Both the position numbers and the translations under genes were made by a program. Source: an uncultured Clostridia bacterium (GTDB lineage Bacteria > Bacillota > Clostridia > Oscillospirales > Oscillospiraceae). Taken from it: 64,000 nt of DNA. The notes under the pieces were generated by a model, which saw only the letters and a list, made by a program, of their open reading frames with translations, was not told where the DNA came from and did not search any database. The stretch lies in the NCBI GenBank assembly GCA_947173485.1, contig CAMWFH010000004.1:49767-113766 (forward strand), in the 5' to 3' direction. Of this stretch, positions 60,052-64,000 are shown piece after piece. How positions within the stretch are numbered: position 1 is the stretch's first letter; each line of letters starts with the position of its first letter.

Positions 60052-61229
60052 GGGAGCTTTCCTTTCAAATGATCCCTCGCGCACACACTATCCCGATCGG
60101 GGACGATGCCCCGTTCCCGCAAATTCTCCAGGGACATCTCCAGTCCCGTCAGCAGCGCCCGGTCCAGGTCCTCATAGGCCAGCCGCCGCAGCGCCTCCAG
60201 ACCGGGGAAGTCCCTGGTAGGCTCGATGTAATCCGCCAGATAGATGATCTTCTCCAAAAGGGACATATCCGCCCGGCCGGTGGTGTGCCAGCGGATGGCC
60301 GACACCACCTCTTCCTGCTCGCCAAAGACCTCCCGCGCCAGGATGGCCCCGGTGATGGCGTGATAGAGCTTGTCCTCCGCCGGCAGGGGCAGGGCGTGGT
60401 AGCGCTCCGCGATGGCCCGGTGGTCCGTGGGCGAGAGCCGCTTGGTGCAGTCGTGGAGCAGCGCCGCCCGCCGGGCTAAGTCCACATCAGCTCCCCAGCG
60501 CCCGGCCAGCCGGGCCGCCTCCTCCTCTGTGCCCAGCACATGGGGGACCCGCTTGGCCCGCAGGTAGCTCAGCGCCACCGGCCGCAGCTGCTCCAAGGAG
60601 AGATGGCGCACGTCCGCCCTCGTGCCGTAGAGGCCCTCCCGAAGGATGTAGCCATAGACGGCGGGGGCCAGATAGCGCTGCCCCTCCCCCTGGGCCAGCA
60701 TCGCCCGGAGCTGGGTGGAGGAGATGTCCACCAGATCGGGCAGGACCAGGGTGACGATCTGGGCCCAGGGGAACTGCCTGGTCAGGCAGTCCCGCTGGGG
60801 GGCGAACAGGGCCTCCCCGTCGTCGGCGGAACGCCCAAAGGCGCACAGCCCTGCCAGGCGCAGGATCTCCCCCGGTTCCCGCCAGTTCTGGAAGGTGAGG
60901 AACATATCCGTCCCCATCAGCAGCCACAGCCGCGCCTCCGGCTCCCGCTCATGGATGGCCCGGAGGGTGTCCAGGGTGTAGCTCCTCCCCTCCCGGCGCA
61001 GCTCTATGTCGGAGGCCCTGGCCCCGATGCCGTCCGCCGCCAGGCGGACCATGGCCAGACGGTGCTCCGCCGCCGGCACGTTGGCCGGCAGGGCCTTGTG
61101 GGGCGGGATCCCCGCCGGCACCAGCAGCAGCTCGTCCAGCTCCAGGGCGGCCATGGCTGTCCGGGCGGCGTGGAGGTGGCCCAAGTGGATGGGGTCAAAG
61201 GTCCCGCCGTAGATTCCGATCGTTTTCAC
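60048..61229 (-). CDS. nadD: Nicotinate-nucleotide adenylyltransferase fused to YqeK-type HD phosphohydrolase
   Basis: The GTG at 61229 follows AAGGGGG. The N-terminal half has GIYGGTFDPIHLGH (NadD). The C-terminal half has RVPHVLGT...AALLHDCTK...RWHTTG (YqeK HD domain). It is one continuous 393-aa frame. Confidence 0.9.
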   Translation of the reverse strand: MKTIGIYGGTFDPIHLGHLHAARTAMAALELDELLLVPAGIPPHKALPANVPAAEHRLAMVRLAADGIGARASDIELRREGRSYTLDTLRAIHEREPEARLWLLMGTDMFLTFQNWREPGEILRLAGLCAFGRSADDGEALFAPQRDCLTRQFPWAQIVTLVLPDLVDISSTQLRAMLAQGEGQRYLAPAVYGYILREGLYGTRADVRHLSLEQLRPVALSYLRAKRVPHVLGTEEEAARLAGRWGADVDLARRAALLHDCTKRLSPTDHRAIAERYHALPLPAEDKLYHAITGAILAREVFGEQEEVVSAIRWHTTGRADMSLLEKIIYLADYIEPTRDFPGLEALRRLAYEDLDRALLTGLEMSLENLRERGIVPDRDSVCARDHLKGKLP

Positions 61230-61261
61230 AGAGATACCCCCTTTGATCTAGAAGTATCCGA

Positions 61262-61570
61262 TCATCCCCGCACAAGACGGATGCGCTTTTCCTTCTCCTT
61301 GCTGTGGCTGGTCCGGTACAGCACGAACTTGCTGCCGATCACCTGCACCTGCTCGCTCCTGGTCCGGCGGCTCAGCTCATCGCAGGCCTCCCGGGCCGTA
61401 AGGAGGGAATTTTCCAGCACCTTGCACTTGACGATCTCCCGGGCCTCCAGGGCCTCGTCGGCCTGCTTCACCAGGGCGTCGCTGATGCCGTCCTTGCCGA
61501 TGTGGACCACCGGCTGGAGGTCGTTGGCGATGGCGCGCAGCTGGGCGCGCTGCTTGCTCGTCAGCTCCAT
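61262..61570 (-). CDS. yhbY: Ribosome assembly RNA-binding protein YhbY (CRM domain)
   Basis: LTSKQRAQLRAIANDLQPVVHIGKDGI... Confidence 0.9.
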   Translation of the reverse strand: MELTSKQRAQLRAIANDLQPVVHIGKDGISDALVKQADEALEAREIVKCKVLENSLLTAREACDELSRRTRSEQVQVIGSKFVLYRTSHSKEKEKRIRLVRG

Positions 61571-61575
61571 CCCGC

Positions 61576-62175
61576 TCACCTCCCCTGCTCCGCCAGATAG
61601 GCCCGCAGCTTCTCCTCAAAGACCGCCAGGGCCCTGCCCCGGTGGCTCACCGCCGCCTTCTCCTCTGGTGTCAGCTGGGCGTAGGTCTTACGGAGCTGGG
61701 GGAGGAAGAAGATCGGGTCGTAGCCAAAGCCGCCGGTGCCCTGGGGGGCGAAGGCGATGGTGCCGGGGCAGACGCCCTCGGCCTCGATCAGGTCCCCGTT
61801 GGGGAAGACGCAGGCGATGGCGCTGGTGAAGTGGGCGGTGCGGTCGGTCTGGCCCCGGAGCGCTTGCAGCAGGAGGCGGTACCGGCCGGCATCGTCCAGC
61901 TCCGGTCCGCCGTAGCGGGCGGAGTAGACGCCGGGGGCGCCGTTCAGCGCGTCCACGCAGAGCCCGGAGTCGTCGGCGATGGCGGGCAGGCCGCTCTTCT
62001 CCATCACCGCCCGGGCCTTCAGCAGGGCGTTCTCCGCGAAGGTCGCCCCGGTCTCCTCCACCTCCACCGCCGCGCCCGCCGCCGCCTCCGAGACGGCTTC
62101 GATGCCGTGGCCGGCGAGGATGCTCCGCATCTCCTCTAGTTTATGCGCGTTCCGTGAGGCCAGTACAAATTTCAT
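61576..62175 (-). CDS. rdgB: XTP/dITP diphosphatase (RdgB/HAM1)
   Basis: The ATG at 62175 follows GGGAGG. Motifs MKFVLASRNAHKLEE, DDSGLCVDALNGAPGVYSARY and GFGYDPIF. Confidence 0.9.
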   Translation of the reverse strand: MKFVLASRNAHKLEEMRSILAGHGIEAVSEAAAGAAVEVEETGATFAENALLKARAVMEKSGLPAIADDSGLCVDALNGAPGVYSARYGGPELDDAGRYRLLLQALRGQTDRTAHFTSAIACVFPNGDLIEAEGVCPGTIAFAPQGTGGFGYDPIFFLPQLRKTYAQLTPEEKAAVSHRGRALAVFEEKLRAYLAEQGR

Positions 62176-62897
62176 CTGTGAGATCCTCCCAAAATTTCCT
62201 TTTGCTTCGCGATCAGCTCCCGGATGCCCTTGCTGCACAGCAGGGCCAGGTCCTGCTGCTCCTTCAGCGTGTAGCTGCGGCCCTCGCCGGTGCCCTGGAC
62301 CTCGATCAGCTCCCCCTGACCGTTCATCACGCAGTTGAAGTCCACCATGGCCCGGCTGTCCTCCTCATAGCAGAGGTCCAGCAGCAGCTCGTCGTCCACG
62401 ATGCCGGCGGAGACCGCCGCCACATATCCTTTGACGGGATCGCGGGGCAGGATGTTCCCCTCCACCAACTTTTTGCAGGCCAGGGCCAGGGCGATATACC
62501 CGCCGGTGATGGAGGCGGTCCGGGTGCCGCCGTCCCCCTGCAAAACGTCGCAGTCGATGGTTATGGTCCGCTCCCCCAGCGCCTCCAGATCCACCGCCGC
62601 CCGGAGGCTGCGGCCGATGAGCCGCTGGATCTCCGCGCTGCGGGGACTGAGCTTCAGCTTGCTCACGTCCCGCTGGCTCCGCTCCCGGTTGGCCCGGGGC
62701 AGCATGGAATACTCCGCCGTCACCCAGCCGGCGCCGTAGGGCACATGGCGGGGGACCCGGTCCTCCACGCTGGCGCAGCAGAGGACCTTCGTATCCCCGC
62801 ATTCGATCAGGGCGCTGCCCTCGGCGAAGGACACGAAATCGGTGGTGATGGTGATGGGCCGCAGCTCATTGAATTTCCTTCCGTCGATTCGGCTCAT
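62172..62897 (-). CDS. rph: Ribonuclease PH
   Basis: RIDGRKFNELRP..., SMLPRA, DCDVLQGDGGTRTASITG. Confidence 0.97.
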   Translation of the reverse strand: MSRIDGRKFNELRPITITTDFVSFAEGSALIECGDTKVLCCASVEDRVPRHVPYGAGWVTAEYSMLPRANRERSQRDVSKLKLSPRSAEIQRLIGRSLRAAVDLEALGERTITIDCDVLQGDGGTRTASITGGYIALALACKKLVEGNILPRDPVKGYVAAVSAGIVDDELLLDLCYEEDSRAMVDFNCVMNGQGELIEVQGTGEGRSYTLKEQQDLALLCSKGIRELIAKQKEILGGSHR

Positions 62898-63118
62898 TTC
62901 TTCTCCTCCACGGGCTTAGGCGGCTCCTGCTGGCCCTCCTTCTTCTCCTTGTCCTTCTCCGGGTCGCTGTTGCCGGTGAAGGTGCCGATCAGCATGATCA
63001 CCGCCCCCGCGATGAAAAACATCAGGCCGATGCTGCTGGTGGACAGCATACACCCACCCAGGAAGAACGCCCCGCCGGCGATGGTTATCTTCAATCCCAA
63101 AAGTCCGTTGCCTGTCAT
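62894..63118 (-). CDS. Small 2-TM membrane protein with a Lys/Glu-rich tail
   Basis: 74 aa. The stop overlaps the rph start. The Shine-Dalgarno AAGGAGGA precedes the ATG at 63118. Confidence 0.55.
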   Translation of the reverse strand: MTGNGLLGLKITIAGGAFFLGGCMLSTSSIGLMFFIAGAVIMLIGTFTGNSDPEKDKEKKEGQQEPPKPVEEKK

Positions 63119-63235
63119 ATGTATCCTCCTTATCCCGCGCCCTCCGGGGGCGCATCGTTCCTTTTTTACCGGTCTGCCGGTATCCTGTGGGCTGGGCAGC
63201 CGGCCCCGCCTCCGCGGGGCCTACCCAGTATACCC

Positions 63236-64000
63236 CTATTTTGCCTCGTTGGCAACCAGCGCTTCGCCCGCTTTGAAAATATCTCCGGCGCCTACGGTCA
63301 GCAGCAGGTCCCCGGGCCGGGCCATATCCGCCAGGGTCATGGCGACCCCCTCCAGAGTGGGGCAGAAGATGGCGCCGGGGATCTGCCGGGCCAGGTCCAG
63401 GGAGGAGAGGCCGGTGGTGTTGCGCTCCCGGGCGGCGTAGATCTCCGCCAGCACCGCCACGTCCGCCCGTTTCAGCTCCTCCACGAACTGGGGGAACAGG
63501 GCCGCCGTCCGGCTGTAGGTGTGGGGCTGGAAAGCGCAGACGATCCGCTTATAGCCCAGGGGGCGGACCATGTCCAGCAGGGCGTGGAGCTCGCCGGGGT
63601 GGTGGGCGTAGTCGTCGTAGACCTCCGCCCCGTGGTAGCTGCCCTTGTACTCGAACCGGCGGCCGGCCCCCCGGAAGGCCGCCAGGCCCTCCGTCACCGC
63701 CTGGCCCGGCAGGCCCAGCACATAGGCCCCGCTGGCGGCGGCCAGGGCGTTGGAGATGTTGTGCCGTCCCCCCACCTGGAGGTCCACATGGGCGTAGAGC
63801 TGCCCCCGGATGACGATATCGAAGCTGGGCAGGCCCTGCTCCCAGCGGATGTCCTCCGCCCGGCAGTCCGCCTCCTGGCCCAGGGCGAAGGTGAACAGGT
63901 CCATCCCCTCCAGGGCCTCCATGGCGCCGCTGTCGTCGGCGTTGGCGATGACCGTGCCCCCCGCCGGCACCAGGGAGGCGAAGCGGCGGAAGGACTTCTC
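63236..64000 (-). CDS. murC: UDP-N-acetylmuramate--L-alanine ligase, C-terminal part (5' end outside window)
   Basis: GRHNISNALAA, GRRFE, DDYAHHP and the Mur ligase C-terminal domain. The frame is open to the window edge. Confidence 0.93.
   Translation of the reverse strand, partial: EKSFRRFASLVPAGGTVIANADDSGAMEALEGMDLFTFALGQEADCRAEDIRWEQGLPSFDIVIRGQLYAHVDLQVGGRHNISNALAAASGAYVLGLPGQAVTEGLAAFRGAGRRFEYKGSYHGAEVYDDYAHHPGELHALLDMVRPLGYKRIVCAFQPHTYSRTAALFPQFVEELKRADVAVLAEIYAARERNTTGLSSLDLARQIPGAIFCPTLEGVAMTLADMARPGDLLLTVGAGDIFKAGEALVANEAK

Noticed and set aside
1-64000. rRNA, tRNA, CRISPR arrays, prophage/integrase genes, group II introns or retron/DGR reverse transcriptases.
   Set aside because: No intergenic region is long enough or shows cloverleaf-like or rRNA-like sequence by eye, and no ORF has integrase, RT or Cas motifs. 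tRNAscan/Infernal were not run, so small RNAs cannot be excluded.

Overview
By eye this is a high-GC (about 60-65%) chromosomal segment from a Gram-positive anaerobe. The gene content looks like Clostridia/Oscillospiraceae, but that taxon is an inference. I call about 66 protein genes and saw no rRNA, tRNA, CRISPR array, integrase or classical IS.

Gene blocks, in order:
- 1-1031: 3' part of a MATE efflux gene.
- 1035-3700: a patchwork of low-GC accessory modules. It holds a small NYN-RNase gene bracketed by a 37-bp direct repeat that duplicates the MATE 3' end, an HD hydrolase, and a small-ORF/GNAT toxin-antitoxin-like pair.
- 3817-8913: a membrane-tethered XRE regulator, a GT2-TPR glycosyltransferase, a BclA-like collagen-repeat gene with a Cys-cluster N-terminus and a sigmaK-like promoter, and a 475-aa NYN-domain protein.
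- 9080-14703: DUF4358/SGNH genes and pstSCAB-phoU.
- 15389-18307: ACT-hom-lysC.
- 18515-28676: ytvI-like gene, Rpn-type nuclease, MerR-RDD fusion, SLH protein, MacAB/HlyD-type efflux operon and a small wHTH gene.
- 28747-29994: glyA.
- 30197-50057: a tungsten/pterin island.
- 50081-57877: nuclease, Fic, ArsR, parvulin, DUF554, [FeFe]-hydrogenase-like and aldose epimerase genes.
- 57944-64000: the conserved rsfS/LCP/nadD-yqeK/yhbY/rdgB/rph/murC cluster.

The tungsten/pterin island contains:
- moaA, two moeA paralogues (one fused to a PBP domain) and a thiF/moeB-like gene.
- A LysR regulator and an AOR operon with its own FeS subunit and moaD.
- A NuoE/NuoF/NuoG-N-like module that has no catalytic domain.
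- tupABC, a mogA-moaE-like fusion and moaC.

Most interesting candidates:
- The AOR + Bfu/HydABC-like + Tup + dedicated pterin pathway island, which may be an electron-bifurcating tungsten aldehyde oxidoreductase.
- Unexplained passengers in that island: a FAD-oxidoreductase pair, a 211-aa orphan, and an apparently circularly permuted TupA with a structured leader.
- The collagen/glycosyltransferase spore-surface module.
- Two NYN-RNase genes in low-GC patches.

All family assignments come from reading the translated ORFs. No database search was run.
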